Assembly (NCBI GenBank): GCA_963835455.1 | Contig: CAWIFT010000005.1 | Location: 258,402-322,401 of the forward strand | Source: an uncultured Actinomycetes bacterium | Lineage (GTDB): Bacteria > Actinomycetota > Acidimicrobiia > IMCC26256 > PALSA-610 | DNA length: 64,000 nucleotides | Reading direction: 5' to 3' | Shown here: positions 10,883 to 19,634 of the stretch, in pieces | Layout: the number at the start of each line of letters is the position of its first letter | Position numbering within the stretch: position 1 is the first letter of the stretch | Program-made: the position numbers and the translations under genes | The notes under the pieces: generated by a model | The model's input: the letters and a program-made list of their open reading frames with translations, nothing else | The model's database searches: none | What the model was told of the DNA's origin: nothing

Positions 10883-12961
10883 ATGTCAGACCTGAACCGT
10901 CTCCAGGACGAGACGCACGACGAGCAACACCCGGTGGTGGCACCCGCGACGGATACCGCGGCCCCCATCGCGCCCGCTGAGGCCGCCCCCGTCGGCGACC
11001 GCGGCCCCGAGACCGGATCCGGCGACGGGCCCGGCGCGGGCGGCGCGCCCGGCGCCAACGGAGAAGCACCGCGGAAGAAGCGCCGGCGCGGTACGCGCGG
11101 CGGTCAGCGCCGCAAGAAGCCGGCCGGCGCAGGTGCCGCGGGCGGCGCGGGCGGCGCGGCCCGTTCATCGGGCGCGGGCGACTCGGACGATGACGACGGC
11201 GTCGGCGACGACGACGACCACGAGTCGTTGTCGGGCAGCGAGGACTGGACGGCGGAGAGCGCCGACCGGGGTCTGACCGACGACGACATCGGGGAGCAGG
11301 CCCGCGAGGACGCGGGCCTCACCCGGCCCGCGGTGTCGCGGCCCAAGATCGGTGACAGCCGACCCGCACCCGCGGCGACGGCGCCGGAGAAGACCAACGG
11401 CGCCGACGCCGGCGAGACCGACGCCGACGGCGCGCCCAAGAAGCGGCGCCGGCGGCGCGGCGGACGGGGTCGCAGCAAGGGCGGCCCGGGCGGCAACGGG
11501 GGCGGCGTCACCACGGGGAACGCACCGGCGCGGTCCCAGAACCGTTCCGGCGGCCAGGGTCGCGGACCGGTCCAGTACGTCGACGCGGGTGAGCTGGGCG
11601 ACGTCGACGTCGACGGCACCGCGCTGCTCGACTCCCTCGACGAGGAGACGTTGCAGCGGCGGCGGGGGACGAGCCGCAAGGGCCGACCCGCCGGCCGCTA
11701 CCTCATGGTCGTCCACGTGCGCGAGGACGGCTTCGCGCACATCGGCGTGCTCGAGGGCCGCCAGCTGATCGAGCACTACATCTCGACCCCGACCGACGAC
11801 AACACGTCGATCGACGGCAACATCTACCTCGGGCGCGTGCAGAACGTGCTCCCGGGCATGGAAGCCGCGTTCATCGACATCGGCACACCCAAGAACGGCG
11901 TGCTCTACCGCGGCGACGTCGCCTACGACGCGAACGACGTCGAAGGCGGAGAGAAGCCGCGCATCGAGCGCGTGCTCCGCAACGGCCAGGCGATCATCGT
12001 GCAGGTCACGAAGAACCCGATCGCACACAAGGGCGCGCGCCTCACTCAGGAGGTGAGCCTCGCGGGCCGCTTCGTGGTGATGGTCCCGGGCCAGCCCCAG
12101 ACGTACGGCATCTCGAAGCGCCTGCCCGACGACGAGCGCAAGCGGCTGCGGCGCGTGCTCGACCGCCTGCGCCCGGCCGACGCGGGCCTCATCGTCCGCA
12201 CCGCCGCGGAAGGCGCAACCGAAGAAGAGCTCGAGCGCGACATGTTGCGGCTCAACGCGCAGTGGCAGCAGATCTCCGAGATCGCGAAGAAGGCGAAGCC
12301 CGGCAGCCTCCTCTACAAGGAACCGCAGCTCGCCATCCGGCTCATCCGCGAGGAGTTCACGAAGGAGTTCCGCGGTGTCGTCATCGACAACCGCGCGATG
12401 TACGAAGAGGTGAACAGCTACATCGAGGCCATCGCGCCCGAGCTCGCGGAGCGGGTCGAGTTCTACGACGCGGCCGCCGAGAACCTGCCGGTCTTCGAGA
12501 AGTTCCACGTGCACGAACAGCTGCACAAGGCGCTCGACCGGAAGGTGTGGCTGCCCTCGGGCGGGTCGCTCATCATCGAACGCACCGAGGCGCTGACCGT
12601 CATCGACGTGAACACCGGTAAGAACGTCGGCACGTCGAACCTCGAAGAGACGGTGTACCGCAACAACCTCGAAGCGGCCGAGGTCGTGGCGCGCGAGCTG
12701 CGGCTGCGCGACATCGGCGGCATCATCGTCATCGACTTCATCGACATGGAGATCCGGCACAACCGCGAGGCGGTCGAAGAGGCGTTCCGCCAGGCCCTGG
12801 CCCGGGACAAGACCCGCACCCAGGTGTTCCCGATCTCCGAGCTCGGCCTGGTCGAAATGACCCGCAAACGCGTGTCGGAGGGCCTGGTCGAGGCGTTCTC
12901 GTCGACCTGCCCGCACTGCAACGGCCGCGGGTTCGTGGTCGACGAATCACTCTTCGAGTAA
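10883..12961 (+). CDS. rne: ribonuclease E/G family endoribonuclease with long disordered N-terminal region
   Basis: 692 aa. About 270 aa of alternating acidic and Arg/Lys/Gly patches are followed by an S1 domain (GNIYLGRVQNVLPGMEAAFIDIG) and a catalytic core (VIDVNTGK, IIVIDFIDM, CPHCNGRG). Confidence 0.92.
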   Translation: MSDLNRLQDETHDEQHPVVAPATDTAAPIAPAEAAPVGDRGPETGSGDGPGAGGAPGANGEAPRKKRRRGTRGGQRRKKPAGAGAAGGAGGAARSSGAGDSDDDDGVGDDDDHESLSGSEDWTAESADRGLTDDDIGEQAREDAGLTRPAVSRPKIGDSRPAPAATAPEKTNGADAGETDADGAPKKRRRRRGGRGRSKGGPGGNGGGVTTGNAPARSQNRSGGQGRGPVQYVDAGELGDVDVDGTALLDSLDEETLQRRRGTSRKGRPAGRYLMVVHVREDGFAHIGVLEGRQLIEHYISTPTDDNTSIDGNIYLGRVQNVLPGMEAAFIDIGTPKNGVLYRGDVAYDANDVEGGEKPRIERVLRNGQAIIVQVTKNPIAHKGARLTQEVSLAGRFVVMVPGQPQTYGISKRLPDDERKRLRRVLDRLRPADAGLIVRTAAEGATEEELERDMLRLNAQWQQISEIAKKAKPGSLLYKEPQLAIRLIREEFTKEFRGVVIDNRAMYEEVNSYIEAIAPELAERVEFYDAAAENLPVFEKFHVHEQLHKALDRKVWLPSGGSLIIERTEALTVIDVNTGKNVGTSNLEETVYRNNLEAAEVVARELRLRDIGGIIVIDFIDMEIRHNREAVEEAFRQALARDKTRTQVFPISELGLVEMTRKRVSEGLVEAFSSTCPHCNGRGFVVDESLFE

Positions 12962-12970
12962 CGGCCGGTG

Positions 12971-12986
12971 GGGCCGGAAACGGCCC
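12971..12986 (+). other. GNRA-tetraloop hairpin (GGGCCG-GAAA-CGGCCC) between rne and rplU
   Basis: A perfect 6 bp stem read directly from the sequence. There is no U-tract, so a terminator, processing-site or attenuator role is only conjecture. Confidence 0.3.
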
Positions 12987-13036
12987 GTCGGCTATCCTTT
13001 CCCGGTTCCGAGAAGCTCATCGACGAGGCATCGCGC

Positions 13037-13339
13037 ATGTACGCAGTCATCCACACCGGCGGTAAGCAGTACCGCGTCGCCGAAGGCGATCGTCTCGACG
13101 TCGAACGACTCGAGGGCGACGAGGTGACCTTGAAGCCGGTGATGCTGGTCGACGGCGACGCCGTGCTCGCAACTCCCGACCAGCTGGGCGCGGCGTCGGT
13201 GACCGCACGCGTGGTCGGCGAGGCGAAGGGCCCCAAGATCAAGGGCTACACCTACAAGAACAAGTCGAACGAGCGCAAGCACTGGGGTCACCGCCAGCAC
13301 TACTCGACGATCGAGATCACCGGGATCACGAAGGGCTAG
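13037..13339 (+). CDS. rplU: 50S ribosomal protein L21
   Basis: [18 protein letters not shown]... starting at the internal ATG 13037 of ORF 12968..13339. Confidence 0.97.
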   Translation: MYAVIHTGGKQYRVAEGDRLDVERLEGDEVTLKPVMLVDGDAVLATPDQLGAASVTARVVGEAKGPKIKGYTYKNKSNERKHWGHRQHYSTIEITGITKG

Positions 13340-13350
13340 GGGAGCAGCAC

Positions 13351-13623
13351 ATGTCGAAGAAGAAGGGTGCCGCATCCTCTCGTAACGGCCGCGACTCCAA
13401 CGCCCAGCGCCTCGGCGTGAAGCGTTACAGCGGCGAAGTCGTCACCGCGGGCACGATCATCGTGCGCCAGCGCGGGACGCGTTTTCACCCGGGGTACAAC
13501 GTCGGGCTGGGCAAGGACGACACGTTGTTCGCGAAGGCGAACGGCGTCGTGAAGTTCGGTACCCGCCGCGGCCGCAAGCTCGTCGACATCGTCCTGCACG
13601 ACGACGCCCTCGCCGACGCCTAA
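13351..13623 (+). CDS. rpmA: 50S ribosomal protein L27
   Basis: [25 protein letters not shown]...[10 protein letters not shown], 90 aa. Confidence 0.97.
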   Translation: MSKKKGAASSRNGRDSNAQRLGVKRYSGEVVTAGTIIVRQRGTRFHPGYNVGLGKDDTLFAKANGVVKFGTRRGRKLVDIVLHDDALADA

Positions 13624-13638
13624 CCCCCAGAATTCCTC

Positions 13639-13693
13639 CCAACAGTTGTCAGAGTTTTCAGCGCTATGCGCTGTTTTCTCCGACAACTGTTGG
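13639..13693 (+). terminator. compound hairpin / intrinsic terminator between convergent rpmA and the helD-like gene
   Basis: The outer 12 bp arms are perfect: CCAACAGTTGTC (13639-13650) and GACAACTGTTGG (13682-13693). The inner stem is CAGCGC-TAT-GCGCTG (13659-13673), followed by TTTT. The region is locally AT-rich compared with its surroundings. Confidence 0.7.
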
Positions 13694-13698
13694 TGGAG

Positions 13699-16045
13699 TT
13701 AGCGGCGGGGGGTGAGGCCCTCGGGGAGGGCTTCGGCGTGGACGACGGTGAGCGTCTTGGTCGTGCGGGTGATCGTCACGTAGAGCAGGCGCAGTCCGGC
13801 CCGGTCGGCGTTCACCAGCTGGGACGGTTCGACGACGATGACGTGGTCGAACTCGAGGCCCTTCGCGCTCGTCGGGTCGAGTACCGCGATCGGGGCGTCG
13901 AGCGCATCGGCTGAGGTCGCCACCGCGCCGACGTCGGAGAGCGACGCGACGATCGCCGCGTGCAGCGCGGGCGGCGCGATCACGGCGACGGCGCCGGTGC
14001 GCGCCAGCGCGGCGCGCGTCTCCTCGTTCGTGATGCGGACGAGGTCCTCGGCCTCGGTGGCGATGAAGCGCGGGTACTCGCCCGTGCTGCGCACCGAGCG
14101 GGACGGCTCGACCGTCGGTGCCGCGACCGCGAGGAGCTGGGACGCGACGTCCATCACCTCGGACGGCGTGCGGTAGTTGATGCTCAGCGAGACGAATCGG
14201 GTCGCGTTGTGCGTGGGCAGGAGGGCCAGCACGTCGTCCCACGAAGCCACCGCCCCGGGCTTGCTCGCCTGCCCGGGGTCGCCGACCACGGTCATCGAAC
14301 CCGACGGGCAGCGGCGCGCCAGCATCCGCCACTGCATGGCGGTGAGGTCCTGGGCCTCGTCGACGAGCACGTGCCCGAACGTGCGGGGCTCGTACGACAC
14401 CTCGTGCCCGCTGCCGTTCCCGTTGCTCGCGGGCTCGCCGAACCGACCGGCCAGCGTCGCCGCATCGGCGTAGCCGCGCAGCCCGAGGTCGTCGATCACC
14501 CGTTCGGCGGTGTCGTACGTGTCGCCGCCGTTGTTGCGCCGGCGGGTCACGGGCCGGGCCGCCTCGACCGGGCCGAGCAGCGAGTCGGCTTCGTCGACGA
14601 GGGCGAGATCGGCTTCGGTCCACGGTCCCCGCGCGACGTCGGGATCGCGCCGGCGGTGCAGCAGTTCCTGCTCGTCGTCGGTGAGGACCGATGCCGACGC
14701 CGACCGCACCAACGCGCGGAAACCGAACAGGTCGTTGACGAGCTCGGGCCCGGACAGCACCGGCCACATCCGCTCCAACGCCTCTTTGACCTCGGGCCGG
14801 GTGCGGAAGCGGACGCGCAGCTCCTGCTCCCAGCCTTCGGGAGTGGGCTCACCGCGCGCGAGCGTGCTCGCGATCGTGGTGTCGAGCGCGGAGTCGCGGT
14901 CGAAGATGCTCGTGACGTTGCTGGCCGGCGAGTCGATGCTGCGCTCGCGGTACGCGCGGATCGCCGCGTTCTTGTAGCGCGCCACCAACAGGTCGTAGAG
15001 GCGGCGCGCGACATACGGACGGTTCTCGTTGTGGGTCGAGCGCCGCCGGTGTGCGCCTTCGATCGACGCGCGCCGTATCGGAACGCGACAAGCGCACGCG
15101 CAGGCCGTCGATCAACACGATGAGGTCGCGCGTCAACGGACGTTCCCGATCGGACACCGCGCGTTGGATGACGCGGGCCATGCGCGCGTCGCCCTTCAGG
15201 GCTGCGACGTTGGGCGGGTCGACGGCGACGACACCGAGGCGCGGCTTCAGGCCCGAGATCGTGGAGAGCTGCACGTCTTGCTCGCCGAGCGAAGGGAGCA
15301 CCTGTTCGATGTAGCGCAGGAACACCGGGCTCGGCCCGATGAGGAGGACGCCCTGGTTCGCGAGCCGGCGCCGGTGCGTGTAGAGCAGGTACGCGGCGCG
15401 GTGGAGCGCGACCGCCGTCTTGCCGGTGCCGGGCCCACCCGCGACCACGAGCACGCCGTGCACGTCGGCGCGGATCGCTTCGTCCTGTTCGGCCTGGATG
15501 GTCGCGACGATGTCGCCCATGCGGCCGGTGCGGTTCTTCTCGAGCGCGGCGAGGAGCGCTCCTTCGCCCGCGACCCGCAGCCCCTCGTCCTCGACCGCGA
15601 GCTGGTCGAACACCTCGTCGTCGAGGCCGGTCACCTCGCGGCCCTTGCGGGTGATGAGGTGGCGGCGGCGGACGACCGACATCGGCTCGACCGCGGTGGC
15701 CCGGTAGAAGGGCTCGGCGACCGGTGCGCGCCAGTCGACGACGAGCGGCGTGTGGTCCTCGTCCTCGACCGCGAGGCGCCCCACGTACCACCGGACGCCG
15801 CGTTCGAGATCGAGCCGGCCGAAGACCAGGGGCGACTCACCGATGTCGAGATCGGACAGCCGGCGCTGGGTCACGTCCCAGGCGATGTCCCGTTCGAGCC
15901 GGGCCTGATGGGTGCCGCCCGCGCGCACGTCGGCGTAGGCGGTACGTACCCGCTCGGCGGCGGCGCGCATGGCTTCGAGGCGGGCGTACGCCCCCGTGAC
16001 ATAGCTCTGCTCTGCGGCGAGCTCGGGGTCGATACGGTCGGGCAA
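13699..16045 (-). pseudogene. HelD/UvrD-like superfamily-1 helicase (RNA-polymerase-associated HelD type), interrupted by a frame change as assembled
   Basis: ORF 14849..16045 gives the N-terminal domain plus Walker A (GGPGTGKT) and turns to nonsense after ...RLSRSDTAR. ORF 13699..14988 carries VLVDEAQDL, TVVGDPGQ and KGLEFDHVIVV. The second frame already reads ...SIEGAHRRRSTHNENRPYVARRLYDLLVARYK upstream of its first Met, so this is one protein split near 15077-15083. Confidence 0.85.
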
Positions 16046-16138
16046 ATCGCTCCCCTACATGGGCGGAACGAGATTTCGGGATGGGTCAGCTTAGTCGCTC
16101 CGGCCTGCCGGGCGGGCCTGCGTCCTAGGCTCGGGGCG

Positions 16139-16699
16139 ATGCCGGCCGCCTTGTATTTCACCCCCGACGCCGACGCCAACCGGCTGCTCGCGGCGGAGCC
16201 GCTGGCCGTGATGATCGGCATGCTGCTCGACCAGCAGGTCCCGATGGAGTGGGCGTTCACCGCGCCTGCGCTCCTGAAGGAGCGCCTCGGCGGAGGCCCG
16301 CTCGACGCGGTCGCAATCGCGGCGATGGAACCGGCCGCGTTGGAGGCGATCTTTCGGGACAAACCGGCACTGCACCGTTACCCGGGCTCGATGGCCAAGC
16401 GCGCGCATGCGCTGTGCACGTTCCTCGTGGAGCACTACGCCGGACGGGCCGACGCGGTGTGGAACGACGCGCCGACGGGCGACGAGCTGTACGCGCGCGT
16501 CGTCGCGCTGCCCGGATTCGGGCAGGCGAAGGCCCGGATCTTCGTCGGCTTGTTGGGCAAGCGCCTCGGCGTGCGACCTCCGGGATGGGAGGTCGTGGCC
16601 GCCGACTGGCCGTCGATCGCCGACGTCGACACGTTCGAACGGGTCGGCGAGATCCGCGAGCAGAAGCGCGCGATGAAGGCCGCGGCGAAGAAGAGCTGA
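16139..16699 (+). CDS. HhH-GPD-type base-excision DNA repair protein
   Basis: ATG at 16139 in the frame of ORF 15029..16699. About 186 aa, with LPGFGQAKARIFVGLLGKRLG (helix-hairpin-helix) and a Lys-rich tail. Confidence 0.75.
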   Translation: MPAALYFTPDADANRLLAAEPLAVMIGMLLDQQVPMEWAFTAPALLKERLGGGPLDAVAIAAMEPAALEAIFRDKPALHRYPGSMAKRAHALCTFLVEHYAGRADAVWNDAPTGDELYARVVALPGFGQAKARIFVGLLGKRLGVRPPGWEVVAADWPSIADVDTFERVGEIREQKRAMKAAAKKS

Positions 16700-16764
16700 C
16701 CGCGAGCGCGACCCGACGCGCCGGCCGGTAGCGTCTTCGCTCCGATCGGAGGTTGGGAGCCCAC

Positions 16765-17910
16765 ATGTCGAGGGTCATTGCGGCCGGAACGTTCGATCGC
16801 GGTTTCGGGCGCAATCGCCGTCTCATCGCGCTGCTCGAGCGCGCCGGTCACGAGGTCGTGATCTGCCAGTCGGACCTGTTCGGCTCGACCCGGTACGACA
16901 TCGTCGACACGGGAAAGCTCGCGCTGCTCCGGCGCGGCCTCGGGGCCTATCCCCGCGTCCTGTGGCGCTTCCTCCGCATCCGGCGCGGCGACGCGGTGCT
17001 CACGATGTACCCGGGTTGGTTCGACACGATCGTGCTCGCGCCGATCGCCCGCCTACGCGGAATGCCCGTCGTGTTCGACATCTACATCTCGCTGTTCGAC
17101 ACGGTTGTCGCCGATCGCAAGATCGCGTCCGAACGCTCGTTCATCGGGCGGGTCACCCGGCTCGTCGACCGGCTCAGTCTCCGCGGCGCGCACCGGGTCA
17201 TCGCGGACACCCCCGAACATGCCGACCTGTACGCGGACATCGGCGGCATTGCCCGCGACCGGATCGGCGTGGTCTGGGTCGGCGCCGACGACGACGTCTT
17301 CCGGCCGCGGCCGGATATCGCACCGAACCCGAAGCGGGTCCTCTTCTACGGCACGTACATCAAGCTCCACGGCATCGACGTCATCGTGCGCGCGGCCAAG
17401 TTGCTCGACAGTGAGGGCGTCGAGTTCCGGTTGATCGGGACCGGTCAGGAGCGCGCCGCAATCGATCGCCTCATCGAAGAGCTGCACGTGTCCAACATCG
17501 AGATGACCGACCGGGTCCCGCTCGAGGATCTCCCGGCCGAGATCGCGGCGGCGGCGCTGTGCTGCGGCATCTTTGGCGCATCCGACAAAGCGCGACGCGT
17601 CGTGCCGAACAAGGTCTTCGAATGCGTCGCCGTCGGCACACCCGTGGTGACCGCCGACACGGCGGCCATGCGCCGTGTGTTCACCGACACCGAGATCGCG
17701 CTCGTGCCGGCCGGTGACCCCGACGCGCTCGCGGGCGCCATCCGTGACCTGCTCGCCGATCCGGACCGCCGCGCCGCGATGGCGGTCGCGGCCCACCGGC
17801 ACTACGTCGCCGCGTACGCCACGGATTCGGTCACGAAGCAACTCGAACGCGAGGTCCAGACCGCGATCCGATCCGGGCGTTCCGCTCGTCGTGCTACTCG
17901 TCGTCGCTGA
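16765..17910 (+). CDS. GT-B fold glycosyltransferase (GT4-like)
   Basis: ATG at 16765 with GGAGG 12 nt upstream (the ORF track starts at TTG 16753). The C-terminal half has the GT-B donor-binding pattern ...VPNKVFECVAVGTPVVTAD.... Confidence 0.75.
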   Translation: MSRVIAAGTFDRGFGRNRRLIALLERAGHEVVICQSDLFGSTRYDIVDTGKLALLRRGLGAYPRVLWRFLRIRRGDAVLTMYPGWFDTIVLAPIARLRGMPVVFDIYISLFDTVVADRKIASERSFIGRVTRLVDRLSLRGAHRVIADTPEHADLYADIGGIARDRIGVVWVGADDDVFRPRPDIAPNPKRVLFYGTYIKLHGIDVIVRAAKLLDSEGVEFRLIGTGQERAAIDRLIEELHVSNIEMTDRVPLEDLPAEIAAAALCCGIFGASDKARRVVPNKVFECVAVGTPVVTADTAAMRRVFTDTEIALVPAGDPDALAGAIRDLLADPDRRAAMAVAAHRHYVAAYATDSVTKQLEREVQTAIRSGRSARRATRRR

Positions 17911-18814
17911 CGTCGTCCGTCACGGCCGCCAACCGACTCGGCCGCACGCGGTGCGACGCGATCGCCGCCATCACACCTTCGGTCGCGACCGAGACCAGGC
18001 GGTAGTACACGCTCGCCGCGATGATGACCGATGCCGGGAAGATGCCGTGCAGGATGGTGGCGAGCACGGCTTCGCGGATGCCGACGCCGGACGGGATCGG
18101 TATCGCGATGAACCCGACCGTCCAGGCGATCGCGTACGCGCCGATGACGAGGAACGGCTGGTCGACGGGCCCGAAGCTGCCGAGCAGCACGAGGTACGCG
18201 CAGGAGGTCGCGGCCAGCGTCACGAGGCAGATCGCCCAGGTGATGACGATCGCCCGTTGCGGCGGCACGAGCTCGGCCGAGGCCGATCGCGTCTTGGGGA
18301 TCTTGTGCAGGACCCACACCATCCACCGGCGGTCGATGAGCACGAGCGTGGCGAGCGCCCCGAGCGCCATCAGGACGCGCAGGACGATGCCCACGTCGGT
18401 CCACGCCGCCGCGAGCACGAGTCCGTACGTGCAGCCCGCGACGGCCTGGGTGACGGCGAGCACGGAGAACGCGGTTGCGCCCCGTTGCAGGCGTACGCCG
18501 AGGGCCCGGGCGAGGCCGACCTGTCCCGATGCCTGCCACACGCCGCCCGGGACGTATTTCGCGAGCTGCGAGACCAGCAACGAAGCACCGTGGTCGACGC
18601 GCCGGTCGCCGCCGATCAACGTCGCCCATGCGGTCGCGCCCGCGATCAGCCCGACGGTCCAGAGCGCCGCGGCCGCGAGGATGCGTGCGAGCGACGGCAA
18701 CTCGCCGTTCGTGGCGTTCCACGCGTCGATGATCGTGTACGCGAAGAAGCCGATCGCCAGAGCGACGAAGACCGCGACGACGACGCGAATGAGTCCTTTG
18801 CGGCCCGGGCTCAC
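17894..18814 (-). CDS. flippase-like polytopic membrane protein (lysylphosphatidylglycerol-synthase TM domain / UPF0104 family)
   Basis: GTG at 18814 overlaps the stop of the upstream methyltransferase (GTGA). About 306 aa with about 8 TM segments and the family signature ...AIPIPSGVGIREAVL.... The upstream part of ORF 17894..19744 is out-of-frame read-through. Confidence 0.72.
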   Translation of the reverse strand: MSPGRKGLIRVVVAVFVALAIGFFAYTIIDAWNATNGELPSLARILAAAALWTVGLIAGATAWATLIGGDRRVDHGASLLVSQLAKYVPGGVWQASGQVGLARALGVRLQRGATAFSVLAVTQAVAGCTYGLVLAAAWTDVGIVLRVLMALGALATLVLIDRRWMVWVLHKIPKTRSASAELVPPQRAIVITWAICLVTLAATSCAYLVLLGSFGPVDQPFLVIGAYAIAWTVGFIAIPIPSGVGIREAVLATILHGIFPASVIIAASVYYRLVSVATEGVMAAIASHRVRPSRLAAVTDDVSDDE

Positions 18815-19578
18815 GAGGTGCGGCGGGCGAGCACGACGTAGCCGATGCCGGCGTCGGAGCGCGCGAACGGGAGCTGCAACGCCCGGAAGGGCGCGGCAAC
18901 GAGATAGTTCAGGATCGCCTGCGTCGTCCGACCCGGTTGGAACAGTCGCCCGCTCATCGCCGTGCCCTCTTCTGTGCTCGGCAACTGCGGGCGGCGGCCC
19001 AGGACCGCGTTGCGCGCGGCATCGAGGAGATGGCCGAGACCGAACCCGTAGGAGCGCGCGCGCACGACGGAGAACCCGTGCCGTTCGAGAAGCTCGCGCA
19101 GTTGCGGAGCGTCGTAGCGGCGGAAGTGACCGACGTAGGTGTCGGAGGCCCCGTAGCGGTTCGAGTGCGCGGGAACACTGATGAGGAGGTGGCCGCGCGG
19201 TGCAATGAGCCGGCCCCACGCGTCGAGCGCGTCGGCATCGTCTTCGATGTGTTCGAGTACCTCGAACGCGCACACGAGATCGAACGTTTCGGACAATGTT
19301 CCGTCGAGATCCGAAACGACGCGGGCGCCCGCGTTCGTCGCGACGCGCCCGACCGCGACGGCGCGTGACTCGGCATCGGGCTCGTAGCCCACATAGTCGT
19401 AGCGCTGCGCGATCCACGCGCCGAGGCCGCCTTGACCGGCGCCGATCTCGAGAACATTGCGAGGCCGGACCGCCGAGATCCCTCGGCGAATCTCGTCGAA
19501 CCGCATCCACGCCGAGATGGTGAGTGTGGGGAGCCGGTGAGGATGCTGCATTGTGGGTGTAACCGTAGAGGAGTGCAC
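18811..19578 (-). CDS. class I SAM-dependent methyltransferase
   Basis: Motif I VLEIGAGQGGLG and post-I/II DLVCAFEVLEHIEDD are present. 255 aa (alternative start at Met10). Confidence 0.85.
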   Translation of the reverse strand: MHSSTVTPTMQHPHRLPTLTISAWMRFDEIRRGISAVRPRNVLEIGAGQGGLGAWIAQRYDYVGYEPDAESRAVAVGRVATNAGARVVSDLDGTLSETFDLVCAFEVLEHIEDDADALDAWGRLIAPRGHLLISVPAHSNRYGASDTYVGHFRRYDAPQLRELLERHGFSVVRARSYGFGLGHLLDAARNAVLGRRPQLPSTEEGTAMSGRLFQPGRTTQAILNYLVAAPFRALQLPFARSDAGIGYVVLARRTS

Positions 19579-19634
19579 AGAATCGCCGGTGCGCCGGTAT
19601 TAGGTTACCGAGAAAGGGAACTTCCCGGAGGCTC

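Noticed and set aside
16046-16138. Rifamycin-associated element or other known palindromic motif upstream of the HelD-like gene, which would suggest a HelR-type resistance function.
   Set aside because: No convincing long palindrome is present in the 93 bp divergent region, so a resistance role cannot be supported from the sequence alone.
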